Source: a virus. Taken from it: a stretch of DNA of 55,056 nt. A program made the translations under genes and the position numbers. The notes under the pieces are model-generated. The model was not told the origin of the DNA. It saw only the letters and a list, made by a program, of their open reading frames with translations, and ran no database searches. Positions within the stretch are counted from its first letter, which is position 1. Each line of letters starts with the position of its first letter. Shown piece by piece: positions 10,701 through 19,289 of this stretch. Location of the stretch: UHGV virus genome UHGV-0290768, one strand, 5' to 3'.

Positions 10701-13700
10701 TCAGCGGCACCGGCTTGTTGTTGTTGGAGAAGATCCCCGGACTGGTGTTAGTCGTCCGGTTCAGCCGGACCCCCGCTTTCCCGTCCCCGAAATCGCCAAA
10801 AGTCACACCGGCTGGATACTGAATATCCCAGGCAGTGCTGCCCTGTAGAAAATCAAAGTTCGGGATCAGGTTGTCGCCAGCGTTGCGGGTGGCCGTCAGC
10901 ACATTCGCCAGATTTGTCAGCTGCTGGCTCTGTGTGGTCAGTTTCCCTTCCGCCTCTGTCACCCGGTTATCGACCGAAGTCAGTGCCGTTGCATCGGCCT
11001 TCTTCGACACATTGCTGTTGGTCGTGTTCAGGCTGTTCTGCAGGTTCGTCAGCTGCTGGCTTTGCGAGGTGATAGCCCCTTCCGCTGTGCTGACCCGGCT
11101 CGTCAGTCCGGTAACGGCGCCGGCGGTGGCATCGATGTCCACCCGGTCGGTAACGTCAGTGACGTAAAAATCATCGAAGTAGCGGCTGCCGCTAATCAGA
11201 TAGTTGCTCAGCGTCACCGGCAGGCTGGCTGTCTCCGTCGCTTTCCAGCGACCGGAAACCAGGGTCCAGTTTGTCCCCACCGTGCCGCTGTTGTACGGAC
11301 GCTCAAAGACCGGCTGGCCGGCAGAGTTACCGATCCGCAACTTGTTGTTCCCCGCGCCATTATCCGTCGTCGCTCCGGGTTCCTTGACCCACACCCCGAT
11401 TTCATAGGTTCGCCCCTGAACAAACGGGATGTATTGCCCCGGAGACACGCTCCCCGGATCAACCTTCAGCGCCCGCGTCCCGCTGTGAGGAGCGGAAACC
11501 TCCACCACACTGGTCGCGGTTGACCGCCCGGTATAACCATCCAGCCCGCGTTCAAATGATGGATTCGCGACCAGGTTACCCGGTATCTGACCGCTGGCAT
11601 CGATATCTGCCGCAACCTGCGAGAGACTGTTCGACAGGTTCGTCAGCGAATTGCTCTGGCTCTCCAGCGTTTTGCCCTGCTGCGTCACTTTCGTGTCGAG
11701 CGTGGCCAGCGCTGTCGCATCGGCTTTCTGCGCCAGCGCTTTATCGGTATTCGCCAGATTTCCGGTCAGTTTCGTGATGGCGCTGTTTGCAGCCGTCAGG
11801 TCGTTGCCCAGCTGTGTGACGGTATTGGTCAAATCCTGCACCGCTGTCGCATCAGCCTTTTTGGCCACTGCGGCATTGGTGGTTGCCAGCCCGTTTTCCA
11901 GCTGAGTTGTCCGGTTGCCGGTCGAGGTCAGCAGATTACCCTGTTGCGTCACGGTGGTGGTCAGCGAGTCAACCGCCGCCGCCGTGGCATCCGCAGTATC
12001 CTGAACCTTTTGCGCCGCTGTCACATTTCGCATATGCCAGTCCGTAACGAACCATACGGTGCCATACGGGCTGTTCTGCGAGATCTGCAGGAACGGGCGG
12101 ATATAACCCCTGTCTACCATCGCCTGCGTGACCTTGAAGCGCCAGGTGGTTCTCTGCCAGGTCGCGGAAGGTGATTTTCCGCCCCCCGCCATGAGTGGCG
12201 CACCGGTGCTCGTATCTGGCCGAACGGCGGTGCCAACATACAGATTAAAATTCGCCGTGCCGGCGCCGCAGGCAACCAGTGCGCTGATCTCAATCACATC
12301 GTTAAGCGTGGCCGGGAACGCGGCAAAGTTAGGATGGTGATCCCGGCTGGCAATTCTGGCCGCATAACCATACGGGCAGCCAGGAGGGACCTCCTCAGCC
12401 GTCGTGGATACGACGCTAAACCCCATCTGGTCGTAAGCCGGGTCAAATGTCGGGTTGGGAATTAAATCCCCGCCTGATGCGTTTCCGGCCCGTACAGCGG
12501 ATTTCAGCGAGGTAATGTTGGCGTTAGCAGCCGTCAGCCCGGATTCCGTCTTCTCCACTCGTCCGGTTAGCGAGTTCATCGCCGTCTGATCCGCTTTGCT
12601 GGCCACGTTCGCGTCTGTCTGCGTCAGCGCATTCCGGAGCTGGGTGATGTTCTGCGAATTGCTGACCACATCGTTGCCAATCTGGCTGACATTCGAGCTG
12701 AGCACGCCGGCTGCGTTTGCCAGCGCGGAAACCCCGAGACCGGAGTACATCTCAGCAACCTTGTCTGACAGCTTCAGACCCAGGTTGATATACGCCTGGC
12801 CGGTCCACTGATTCACCAGAAACTCAACGGTGTTCCAGCCGGCTTTCAGTTCAAAACTGACGGTATTCCAGCTGGCGTTACCCCAGGCGACCTGAACCCC
12901 ATTCACAAATATGGCGCCGGTATCATCAAAAACCCTGGCGCCGGGCGCCAGTGTGATGGTGGTATCTGCGGCCACTTTCACCTGGCAGGAATACAGCGCG
13001 ATCAGATAGCTGCCGGCGGATGTAAAGTCCAGTTTGGCCGCGTCGGCCACCTCATCCACGACCGTTGGCGCCACGGCGCGAACATCGCTGAATGACGGGA
13101 CTGTCCCGGCGTTAGCCAGCTGCACCGGATAGAGTCGACGGGACCAGCGATTCGGCTGGCCATTGACCAGTTGATTCGACAGGCTGGTGATGCTGTCAGT
13201 ATTGCTGCGAATATCCTGCCCGTTTTGCTCTACCTGCTGCGTTAAGGCAGTGACCGCAGCCGCTTCGGCTTTCTTCGCCAGCGCGGCATTTGTCGTGCCC
13301 AAATCGCTCGTCAGTTTCGTGATGGACTGACCCTGGCTGGTTATCCTGTCACCCTGCTGGGTAACAACAGACTGCAGCCCGCTCAGCGCCTCATTAGTAC
13401 CAGCCAGTCCCGTTTCCGTCTGGCCAACCCGGTTAGTGAGCGATGTTAACGCGGCGCCCTGCGATGTCAGCGTGGCGCCCTGTTGCTCAACTTTCTGCGT
13501 CAGGGACGTCAGCGCGGCTGCATCGGCTTTTTTCCCGAGGCTGGTTTCCAGGCCACCGATACGGCTCGCCTGCGCGCTCTGCTCTGTCGTCAGAGAACTC
13601 AGTTCACCAGAAACAGCAGCTTTGTTATCGTTAAACTGCGTCTGCAGGGACTCTCTGGCCTTAACTTCCGCCGAGATGGCGGTAACGCGTGCGGTTTTTT

Positions 13701-16700
13701 CCTGGTACAGCAGCCCGGAGGTGACTTTCTCCAGATCGCTCCCATCATAGGAGCCACGCATCTGCGCCGCCAGCGTGCTGCGTGCCTGCGCTTCGGCAGT
13801 CAGCGCGTTACTCAGCGTACTGCGCACATCCTGCAAAGCCGCCGTACTGGCGCCGGGTGCTGGCCGGCCAACGGCGATCCAGTCGAATTCGATAAAGTTG
13901 CTGGCATCCTGCTGGTTCGTCAGGTCCAGGCGAATACGATCAATGTTCCCTGTCCACGGAATATCACGCACCGTCAGGGTTGCCACCCCATCGGCATATT
14001 CCGGCTCAGCAACAATGTATCGCTTCGTGTTATTGAAGTTTTCGCCGGCAGACACCCAGCGGATCTCACCCGCCCAGACTGGTTTGCCGGTTTTACGAAA
14101 GCGCAGCATGATGAAACGGTACGCCGCACCATCGACAGCTAGCCCGCCAGGAGAGGTAATGTACGGATCGGTGGCGCTGTCCGCCGGGCGTAACCAGCCA
14201 TCCTGTGACACACCCGGTACGCCGGCGCTGCCGGTCCAGCCCTCGGTCGTCTGATTGTTGAAATGCCAGATAACCTGCGAATCGAACTGGATATTAGCGC
14301 CGGCAGCGAGGCTGGACATTTCCCGCGCCAGATTTTCATCGGCGGTCTTCATCACCTGAGTCAGGCTCTCGATACTCGCCTCAATCCCCTGCGTTGCCGC
14401 CAGCAGTTCATCAGCGGCCTGTGACGCCTTCGCGTTAACATCGGCGATACGATCCGCGGTCTCCTGCTTCACCGCATTGGTCAGCGTGGTGTTGACCTGA
14501 GACAGCGACTGCTTCAGGCCATTTTCGGCAGTCTTTATCTGCGCATTCAATGCGGCATCGCCGTCGACCAGCGTTTTGCTGACCCTGGCAATCTCCAGGT
14601 CGATGGTGGCGTTGATTTCCGCAGCCGTATCGGTGACTGACTGTCTTACCTGGGTGATGCTGTCGGTCAGCGACTTGTTCACAGTTGCGATCTGCTTGTT
14701 CGCATCTGCGACGGCGGATTTTGCCTCCTGAACGCCTTTGTTTGCCTGAGCCAGACCAGAATCGAGAGCCTCATTGACCGAGGTGATCTCATCCGTGATG
14801 GTTTTATTCACGGCGGAGATCTTCCCGTCAACATCAGCCGTGATGCTTTTCGCCGATGCATCAATATCCTGGCTGACCTGCTTCGCCTGGTCTTCGGCTT
14901 CCTTACGCAGAGCTTCAGCGGTCTGCTCCAGTTCCTGCTGCGTATTGCGGATACCTTCCTGTGTTTCGCTAATGGTGCGCTGCGTTTCCTCCCAGGCAGC
15001 CGTATCCTTGATCGCGTCGGTCAGGTTTTCGTAGTAGTCATCAAAGTTATCGCTGGCCATCCCCTGGACCCAGCCGGTCCACGGGCTTTCATTGCCAAGA
15101 CGATCCACAAGGCGCGCCCGATACCAGAATTCTGCGCCCATACTGAGGCCCATCTGCTGATAGCTTTTCCCCGGATAGGCCACGTCTGATAACGGCATCG
15201 GCGCACTGCCGTCCTGATTTTTGCTGTACTGTAGTTCCGTGCGCAGCGTATCCCCGGAGCCGGTCGGGAACTCCCAGCTAACCTGGACCCCATGAACCAG
15301 AGAACGGGTTGCCAGCGCCAGCGGCGCCAGCGGCTCGCCGACCTTGCCGGTCAGGGTTTTCTCTTCGGAATACGCCCAGCCGCTCGAGATCTCCGCCGCA
15401 TTGATCGCACGGACGCGAACCAGGTAACGACCGGCATAAATGCCGCTGACCTCAAACGAGGTGGTCGAGCTGCGCGGTACATTAATCCAGTTCCCGTCGT
15501 TACGGCGCCACTGTGCCTCGTAGGCAATAGCGCCGCTGACCGCTGACCAGTTAACCTGCATCGTTTCGACGCTGATCCCCTGATTCACGACCGAGCGGGA
15601 TGTGATGACAATATCGTCAGGAGGTGACTGGTTGCCCGCCGGCAATACGCTAACCGGGCGCTGGTCGATAATAGCGCCGGTATCGATGCGGGGGAATTTA
15701 TCCGGGTCATGTGCCACGCCGGTGATCGTGAGGGTGGCATCGCTGTTCTCTTTTACCCCTGTAACCCGGTACTGCTGCAGGAAGAGGTCATCGGATTCAA
15801 TGGCCCAGACGCATTCCCGTTCTGGTGTCTCACTGTACGCCGTTGTGACCGTAATCTGCCGACGTCCGTTAACAGCCTGAATTGTCCGGCTCTGTGAGAT
15901 CCCGGATGGCAGGTTTAGCTGGAGGCGGTCGCCAGGTTTGGCATCCACATCACGATCCAGCGTAATCACCCGGCCATTCACCGCGCTGATTCGCCCGCCG
16001 TTTACCCGTCCGGCCAGCAACTCATCCGCCAGGGCAATGATATAACCGGGTTGAGGAATGCGACCGTCCAGCCCGACATCAATTTCGACCATGCGGTCCT
16101 TATTGTTGGTCAGTATGCCCCACAGCCCCTTACGGTGGGCTTCGCTCTGGCGCGTACAGCCAATCGCCGTCATTTCGAGCTGGTTAAAACTGTAGCGGGA
16201 AACCAGTTCCGGGATAAATGCCGGCTCCATTGCATCAGCATAAGCATTATCCGGATCAGACCAGGAAACCAGGGCGTTGGTGTACCGAACCTGGCTGCTG
16301 CTGCTCGAATAACGGGGTTTGCCGATAATATTGGCGCGCGTATAGGTAAAATCGACATCACGCGGCATATCAGCCTGCACAACAATCTGCTCACCGTTCC
16401 AGCAGGTCATGCCCCGGAAAATGGCGGCAAAGTCTCGCAGCACGGTGTAAGCATCGTTGCGTTCCTGGACATAGACGTTACAGGTATAGCGCGGCTCCAT
16501 GCCGTCACCACCGCGCCCGTCAGGAACCAGCTGATCGCAGTACTGTGCAATCTGGTACAACGTCCATTTCGAAATATTGGCGCTGCTCAGACGATTACCG
16601 AGACCAAAACGGTCAGCTATAACAATGTCGTAATAGATCCAGGCCGGGTTATCCGTCCAGGCCCATTTAAACCCGCCGGTCCAGACGCCGGTATATTCGC

Positions 16701-17487
16701 GGGTTTCCGGATTGTAGTTATCCGGCACACGAATCACGCGCCCACGCGGCTCACAGGAAATTTGCGGAATGGAGCCATTAAACTGGCTGGAGTCGAACTC
16801 GATATAAAGCAGCGCGGTGTTGGGATAACGCAGCTTCGCGTCAATCACTTCGGTATAGCTCTGCAGCGTCATCACGTCGCCAACTTTGACACTGTTTGCA
16901 TCCGGAGGGATTTTACGCAGGCGTAGCGTCCAGGTACTGCCGGCCTGGGGCAGATCAATACGATGGCTCCGCTCATAACCGGAGGTGGTTTTACCCGTGA
17001 CAGCGGTTTCCAGCACCGTCTGCCAGGCGCCGCCGTCGGTCTGCAGGTCAATCGCATACTTGACGGTATTGCCCACCACGTCGCCGTCATCTTCCTGTTT
17101 CATCAGGGACGGCCATTTCAGGCGGACACGAACGGCAGAAAGCTGGGTATTAGTAAAGGTATGGGTCCAGGCTGTCTTGCTGGAAACTTCCGTTCCCACA
17201 CTGATTTCATTTTCAGTACCGGGAATACCCTGAATATAAGTCTGAGCCTGCGTGCCGGGGCGAAATTCCCAGGACACGCCACTGAAGTTTTGCGAACCAT
17301 CAGCATTTTCAAGCGGGGTGCCATCAAGATAAATATCTTTCCCGGTTAAACCACCTGCAAATTCACCCTCACCTAATGCGAGCAGAATTTTGGCTTTCGC
17401 AACGGACTGTAAATCATCCGGCTGTTCCGTCGGTGTACGCTGCTTTGAGCCGCCACCCTTGCGCCCTTTAATTATGTTGTTTGCCAT
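4783..17487 (-). CDS. J: Giant (4234 aa) host-specificity / central tail fibre protein, lambda J family, with a ~3100-aa internal expansion
   Basis: N-terminal ~800 aa and C-terminal ~300 aa align with lambda J (for example YTEVIDAKLRYPNTALLYIEFDSSQF...RYTCNVYV, and C-terminal WSMKVETVNGKNVGAGITLG...TAKNADISG-like). The middle is made of heptad-like repeats (xLTxRVxxxEGxITxQxQxITxLQNSLNTTNxxVxKKAD) alternating with ~150-aa beta-sandwich domains. Confidence 0.9.
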   Translation of the reverse strand: MANNIIKGRKGGGSKQRTPTEQPDDLQSVAKAKILLALGEGEFAGGLTGKDIYLDGTPLENADGSQNFSGVSWEFRPGTQAQTYIQGIPGTENEISVGTEVSSKTAWTHTFTNTQLSAVRVRLKWPSLMKQEDDGDVVGNTVKYAIDLQTDGGAWQTVLETAVTGKTTSGYERSHRIDLPQAGSTWTLRLRKIPPDANSVKVGDVMTLQSYTEVIDAKLRYPNTALLYIEFDSSQFNGSIPQISCEPRGRVIRVPDNYNPETREYTGVWTGGFKWAWTDNPAWIYYDIVIADRFGLGNRLSSANISKWTLYQIAQYCDQLVPDGRGGDGMEPRYTCNVYVQERNDAYTVLRDFAAIFRGMTCWNGEQIVVQADMPRDVDFTYTRANIIGKPRYSSSSSQVRYTNALVSWSDPDNAYADAMEPAFIPELVSRYSFNQLEMTAIGCTRQSEAHRKGLWGILTNNKDRMVEIDVGLDGRIPQPGYIIALADELLAGRVNGGRISAVNGRVITLDRDVDAKPGDRLQLNLPSGISQSRTIQAVNGRRQITVTTAYSETPERECVWAIESDDLFLQQYRVTGVKENSDATLTITGVAHDPDKFPRIDTGAIIDQRPVSVLPAGNQSPPDDIVITSRSVVNQGISVETMQVNWSAVSGAIAYEAQWRRNDGNWINVPRSSTTSFEVSGIYAGRYLVRVRAINAAEISSGWAYSEEKTLTGKVGEPLAPLALATRSLVHGVQVSWEFPTGSGDTLRTELQYSKNQDGSAPMPLSDVAYPGKSYQQMGLSMGAEFWYRARLVDRLGNESPWTGWVQGMASDNFDDYYENLTDAIKDTAAWEETQRTISETQEGIRNTQQELEQTAEALRKEAEDQAKQVSQDIDASAKSITADVDGKISAVNKTITDEITSVNEALDSGLAQANKGVQEAKSAVADANKQIATVNKSLTDSITQVRQSVTDTAAEINATIDLEIARVSKTLVDGDAALNAQIKTAENGLKQSLSQVNTTLTNAVKQETADRIADVNAKASQAADELLAATQGIEASIESLTQVMKTADENLAREMSSLAAGANIQFDSQVIWHFNNQTTEGWTGSAGVPGVSQDGWLRPADSATDPYITSPGGLAVDGAAYRFIMLRFRKTGKPVWAGEIRWVSAGENFNNTKRYIVAEPEYADGVATLTVRDIPWTGNIDRIRLDLTNQQDASNFIEFDWIAVGRPAPGASTAALQDVRSTLSNALTAEAQARSTLAAQMRGSYDGSDLEKVTSGLLYQEKTARVTAISAEVKARESLQTQFNDNKAAVSGELSSLTTEQSAQASRIGGLETSLGKKADAAALTSLTQKVEQQGATLTSQGAALTSLTNRVGQTETGLAGTNEALSGLQSVVTQQGDRITSQGQSITKLTSDLGTTNAALAKKAEAAAVTALTQQVEQNGQDIRSNTDSITSLSNQLVNGQPNRWSRRLYPVQLANAGTVPSFSDVRAVAPTVVDEVADAAKLDFTSAGSYLIALYSCQVKVAADTTITLAPGARVFDDTGAIFVNGVQVAWGNASWNTVSFELKAGWNTVEFLVNQWTGQAYINLGLKLSDKVAEMYSGLGVSALANAAGVLSSNVSQIGNDVVSNSQNITQLRNALTQTDANVASKADQTAMNSLTGRVEKTESGLTAANANITSLKSAVRAGNASGGDLIPNPTFDPAYDQMGFSVVSTTAEEVPPGCPYGYAARIASRDHHPNFAAFPATLNDVIEISALVACGAGTANFNLYVGTAVRPDTSTGAPLMAGGGKSPSATWQRTTWRFKVTQAMVDRGYIRPFLQISQNSPYGTVWFVTDWHMRNVTAAQKVQDTADATAAAVDSLTTTVTQQGNLLTSTGNRTTQLENGLATTNAAVAKKADATAVQDLTNTVTQLGNDLTAANSAITKLTGNLANTDKALAQKADATALATLDTKVTQQGKTLESQSNSLTNLSNSLSQVAADIDASGQIPGNLVANPSFERGLDGYTGRSTATSVVEVSAPHSGTRALKVDPGSVSPGQYIPFVQGRTYEIGVWVKEPGATTDNGAGNNKLRIGNSAGQPVFERPYNSGTVGTNWTLVSGRWKATETASLPVTLSNYLISGSRYFDDFYVTDVTDRVDIDATAGAVTGLTSRVSTAEGAITSQSQQLTNLQNSLNTTNSNVSKKADATALTSVDNRVTEAEGKLTTQSQQLTNLANVLTATRNAGDNLIPNFDFLQGSTAWDIQYPAGVTFGDFGDGKAGVRLNRTTNTSPGIFSNNNKPVPLNGQRKYRVVVKAKGVSGAMSLLIRRQNKIGQTDSTYEDKTVTLTTDWQTITWETGLTAAGADGQNFKLYSHPTNGEIWLDSVRVFDITDETNIKATSDAVSSLTGTVTNQGNTLTSQGQSITALNNALEGVKGDVAKKADASAVSSLTNRVTQTEKDIRSQADSLTRLNTSLKQQATRGANVLPDGSFESYAVGDVLSNARAVITSEAAHSGTKSLRVTRSTEYNPNATDNNDTHIFSGMQVRDNAVYYVEAWVKLPAGSTADPTVYMVLGFSFQDSANGWSWPGLNVKVSELSVDNWTKVSGYLTNNRTALKQAMVRISIPNTPKVRLGDAFLIDDLIISDVTDAKAALDAADANAQALSSLSASVTQNGKNITSQGSAITKLQSDVTQLGKDISGKADASALTNLTTRVTATEGSLKSQGDSLTNLQNSLNTTNSNVAKKADATALQSLQNTVEQHGRDLTTQSSALTNLENNFSSLAVGGTNLIRNADTLEGWSSRHATETYLGDRVAYTRLAKGASGYIQLDEQTLDVTGRTEFVFSFYAKGAYNGQEMASYFYNPSNTTTTETSQGVKGGAGDGKAVTKLTTAWARYWVKWVIPATSGTKRLIAARLESATSADKEVWLCRPQLETGTVMTDWSPSPDDAASGITANTSAINSLTSRVTNAEGQLTAQSQSITNLQNSLNTTNNNVAQKASAQSVSDLTSRVTSAEGKITSQGQAITKLQGDLSSTTDKVNTKADQTALNALTGRVEKTEAGLTAANSNIVSLTAAVNAGNAAGDDYIPNPSFDPAYDRMGYDVVETTAAGVPADCPFRYAVRLAGRDHVPKINNIAVTPGDVYEMSALVACGTGSADFNFYIGRATTATGGIGARASGGNTKTTTAWKRATWRFTVPADTNFLRPFLQVNQSSPFGTVWYAADWHMRNVTAANSAQKTADATAKAVDSLTTTVSQQGDTLSSIGTRTTSLENSLRSTNDTVSKKADTTAVTQLQGTVTQQGNDIAAANSALTKLSSDLATTNANVNKKADASAMNTLQNQVTEQGKTLSAQGDSLTQLSNSLSQTAADIDASGKMPGNLIVNGSFERGAAGFTGWSSTATVADLQVPHSGNKALKMSAGQSNLVGQEISITQGRTYRMGVWAKQDPGTTIKDAGNTKFRVADSTGLLVGSNYGPFSSGWQLVTFDWKATKTTTASFQLTTFLSAGAMYFDDFHVLDVTDEKDIAANAGAISQMNTRVTAAEGAITTQAQQLTKLSGDLAVTNAAVSKKAEQSAVTGLTTRMTSAEGKLDSQSQQLTSLQNSLTTMNTELGKKADTSAVSSLTGRVSQVENTITSQSQSITSLTSTINTIRTQGANPWVDGTFESYSDGQVLGGNGTAVVVASQKFTGNKSLQVSRGANNNGNSDKQLGSWQSVREDAKFRFEFWAMMPADQAPSSGWTTLVGINSLNAAGQNSWQSAVTVSEAALGARDKWVKFTGIASNNGDGRTRAVVWISTRGASGSGTPGYSLYIDDLVITDVTDAKAAQDASDATASAVSGLTARVTDAEGKITAQAQQQTALATKVDNANSRVDNMAKTLSDSQSTQASLNTSLQSQIDAQAAANIKNQTTLDNTIKSVASITSTQQTHATALEALATQQTTLTSSVGDLSASVQNTAKTVADVNGTVSSLWSMKVETVNGKNVGAGITLGSNGETSDMILYADRFSLFNRNNATAVPVMVAEGNELYIDTARIKNSSLTSTKIADGSITNAKIGNEIRSNDFVDGSRGWRIAKDGSSQFNNVIVRGAVYATDGWFQGTVYANHIEGDIGSFAINIAQHRTRKVPKATWQWFELARFRRQNFDQVINIRGGLLQTDSITIDGGAKLRAGMSYAPGADGGLNPGYLSYAMLLRGTGATSGGGSMELGIELMYETGGATRLLTAQESMNVDNMSFVVPAGTGDAVLRYGCYLDRNGQMVLTILSRFDAFAARNNNVIRGSST

Positions 17488-17549
17488 ATTACGCCCATAA
17501 AAAAAGCCACCGCAAGGTGGCCTGAATTGGATGGTTTACTGAATAAAAC

Positions 17550-18161
17550 TTATTGCTGGTCTTCTACGTAAATACCGGCAGATATAATGGCGCCGCCAAT
17601 TCGGCGTTTGCCATAAAGCAAAGGGACCGGGTATCCCTGAGAGGCAGTATTCGTCACGCCCCCAAAGGCGTAGGACGCTTTATTGTCAGCAGATTCTTTT
17701 CGGGCCAGCCCTGCTGGCTGTGGGGAAAGCATCTGAACGACGCCGCCGAGCATCATAGCACCGCCCATCATTGCCATCTTAGAACCAACAGCCCAACCTA
17801 CACCGGTCCATCCAGAAACATATCCAACGATAACCCCAACCGCAACCAACGCCGCGCCCATAATTGTTTGTAAAACACCTGCTTTTTTACTACCAATGAC
17901 AACCGGAATTATGCGTAAAACCTCTCCTGTAAGAGGAAATGATAAATCACGTTCACCAATATTTTTTTTGCCCTTAAATACTGCAAACGTTATCCCTTTT
18001 TCCTTGCTTTTATTAAGAAATTTTTCAAAACCCTCTAAGGTACAACATAAGGCTCTAACAGCTTCAGATGAGTTTGAAACAAGCCTTTGATGATGCTTCC
18101 CAAAAGTTTTACCCAAAATTCCGCCTAATTCTATTTTTGTCATTACCTCTTTCATGCTCAC
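17550..18161 (-). CDS. I: Tail assembly protein I (lambda I family)
   Basis: Directly upstream of J. Gly/Ala-rich hydrophobic core. C-terminal PLLYGKRRIGGAIISAGIYVED resembles the lambda I C-terminus. Confidence 0.75.
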   Translation of the reverse strand: MSMKEVMTKIELGGILGKTFGKHHQRLVSNSSEAVRALCCTLEGFEKFLNKSKEKGITFAVFKGKKNIGERDLSFPLTGEVLRIIPVVIGSKKAGVLQTIMGAALVAVGVIVGYVSGWTGVGWAVGSKMAMMGGAMMLGGVVQMLSPQPAGLARKESADNKASYAFGGVTNTASQGYPVPLLYGKRRIGGAIISAGIYVEDQQ

Positions 18162-18206
18162 CCCAATAAAAAACCCACCGAGGTGGGTTTGTTTCGCTGT
18201 TTAAAT

Positions 18207-18542
18207 TCACATACAACTTTTCGCAGCTTTTCCCCAAGGGTCATTCCAACCTTTGGATATAGCATAAACATGAACGTTGCTTCCACCTTCTTTGGAAGGT
18301 TCTATTTTTGCTATGGATACAGTTCCTAATAAATCATCCGACGCGACAATTTTATACCCTGTCTCAGTAGGGATAACTGAGCTTGATGGCCTTAATTCAA
18401 CCCATTTAGGAGCAAGGCACTTACTTATTTTATCTATGCTTTTTTGTGAATTTCCGGAATATATTGGCTCTTGCGATTCCAGAGAACTTGCCATACAACC
18501 ACTAAGCATAAACATTGAAAATAGCAGGGCTGTTTTTTTCAT
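18207..18542 (-). CDS. Lipoprotein moron between tail genes K and I
   Basis: Classic lipoprotein signal MKKTALLFSMFMLSGC (lipobox LSGC) with a good SD (AAGGA, 7-nt spacing). Strongly AT-rich relative to flanking tail genes. Longer N-terminal extensions back to 18584 are possible. Confidence 0.6.
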   Translation of the reverse strand: MKKTALLFSMFMLSGCMASSLESQEPIYSGNSQKSIDKISKCLAPKWVELRPSSSVIPTETGYKIVASDDLLGTVSIAKIEPSKEGGSNVHVYAISKGWNDPWGKAAKSCM

Positions 18543-18577
18543 TTCCATATCCTTTTTAGATGCCATTTCCTTAAAGG

Positions 18578-19288
18578 TTAACATAGAGACTTATACCGAA
18601 CGACCTTCATTGTCCTTTCCATCCAGTACCCACCATACGGCACGCGCTTGCTGAGATGGCCATACAGGTGATGCAGCAGCATATTCCCTTCCAGCAGAAT
18701 CCCGGCGTGGTTCCACTTATCCGCCTGCACCTGCATGATCACCATATCACCCGGTTGCGGTGGACCATCAAACTCACGGAACCCGCATTCATACCAGCAG
18801 TCCTGATAAAAATTGTCCGGATACTCCTTTTCCCACCACGGATAATCGACGCGGTAATCGTGCAGCTCGATGCCGTGGGTTTGCCGAAAATAGCTCATCA
18901 CCAGGCCCCAGCAATCGTAGTGGCCCAGCACGAATGGTCGCTCGAGGAGCGGCAACTCACCACGCGGGTGGATGGTACGGAGATCGCCTTCTGGCCAGCT
19001 GATAATATGCCAGGGGAGAAGGGTCGCGTCGCATTGCGCTTTATCCAGTTCGCTCGGCTGGGTGGTGGCATCAGGATGGCTGTGAACAATACCGGTGATC
19101 GTTCCCCATTCTTCAACCTCCGCATAATCCTCCGGCGCCAGCACAAAATTATCTTTCGACTCTGTGGCCAGGTTCCGGCAGGGGAAATAACGCTCCGCTC
19201 GGCCCCTCTGGGCGACGAGGCCGCAGGCCTCGCGCGGATATTCTGCGGCCGCATGTTCCTGGATGGACTTAATCGTTTTCTGACGCAT
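18578..19288 (-). CDS. K: Tail assembly protein K (MPN/JAB + NlpC/P60 domains)
   Basis: MRQKTIKSIQEHAAAEYPREACGL... resembles the lambda K N-terminus. H-x-H JAB motif (IVHSHPD). Cys/His NlpC/P60 residues downstream. Confidence 0.85.
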   Translation of the reverse strand: MRQKTIKSIQEHAAAEYPREACGLVAQRGRAERYFPCRNLATESKDNFVLAPEDYAEVEEWGTITGIVHSHPDATTQPSELDKAQCDATLLPWHIISWPEGDLRTIHPRGELPLLERPFVLGHYDCWGLVMSYFRQTHGIELHDYRVDYPWWEKEYPDNFYQDCWYECGFREFDGPPQPGDMVIMQVQADKWNHAGILLEGNMLLHHLYGHLSKRVPYGGYWMERTMKVVRYKSLC

Positions 19289-19289
19289 A

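Noticed and set aside
5381-17349. Dozens of plus-strand ORFs of 60-290 aa inside the J gene
   Set aside because: They are antisense to a well-supported giant coding region. They are GC-rich frame artefacts with Arg/Ala/Ser-biased composition.
4783-17487. Highly repetitive nucleotide sequence that could be mistaken for a CRISPR array or tandem repeats
   Set aside because: The repeats are in-frame coding repeats of one continuous 4234-codon ORF. The units are 90-450 nt long and degenerate, with no spacer/repeat alternation.
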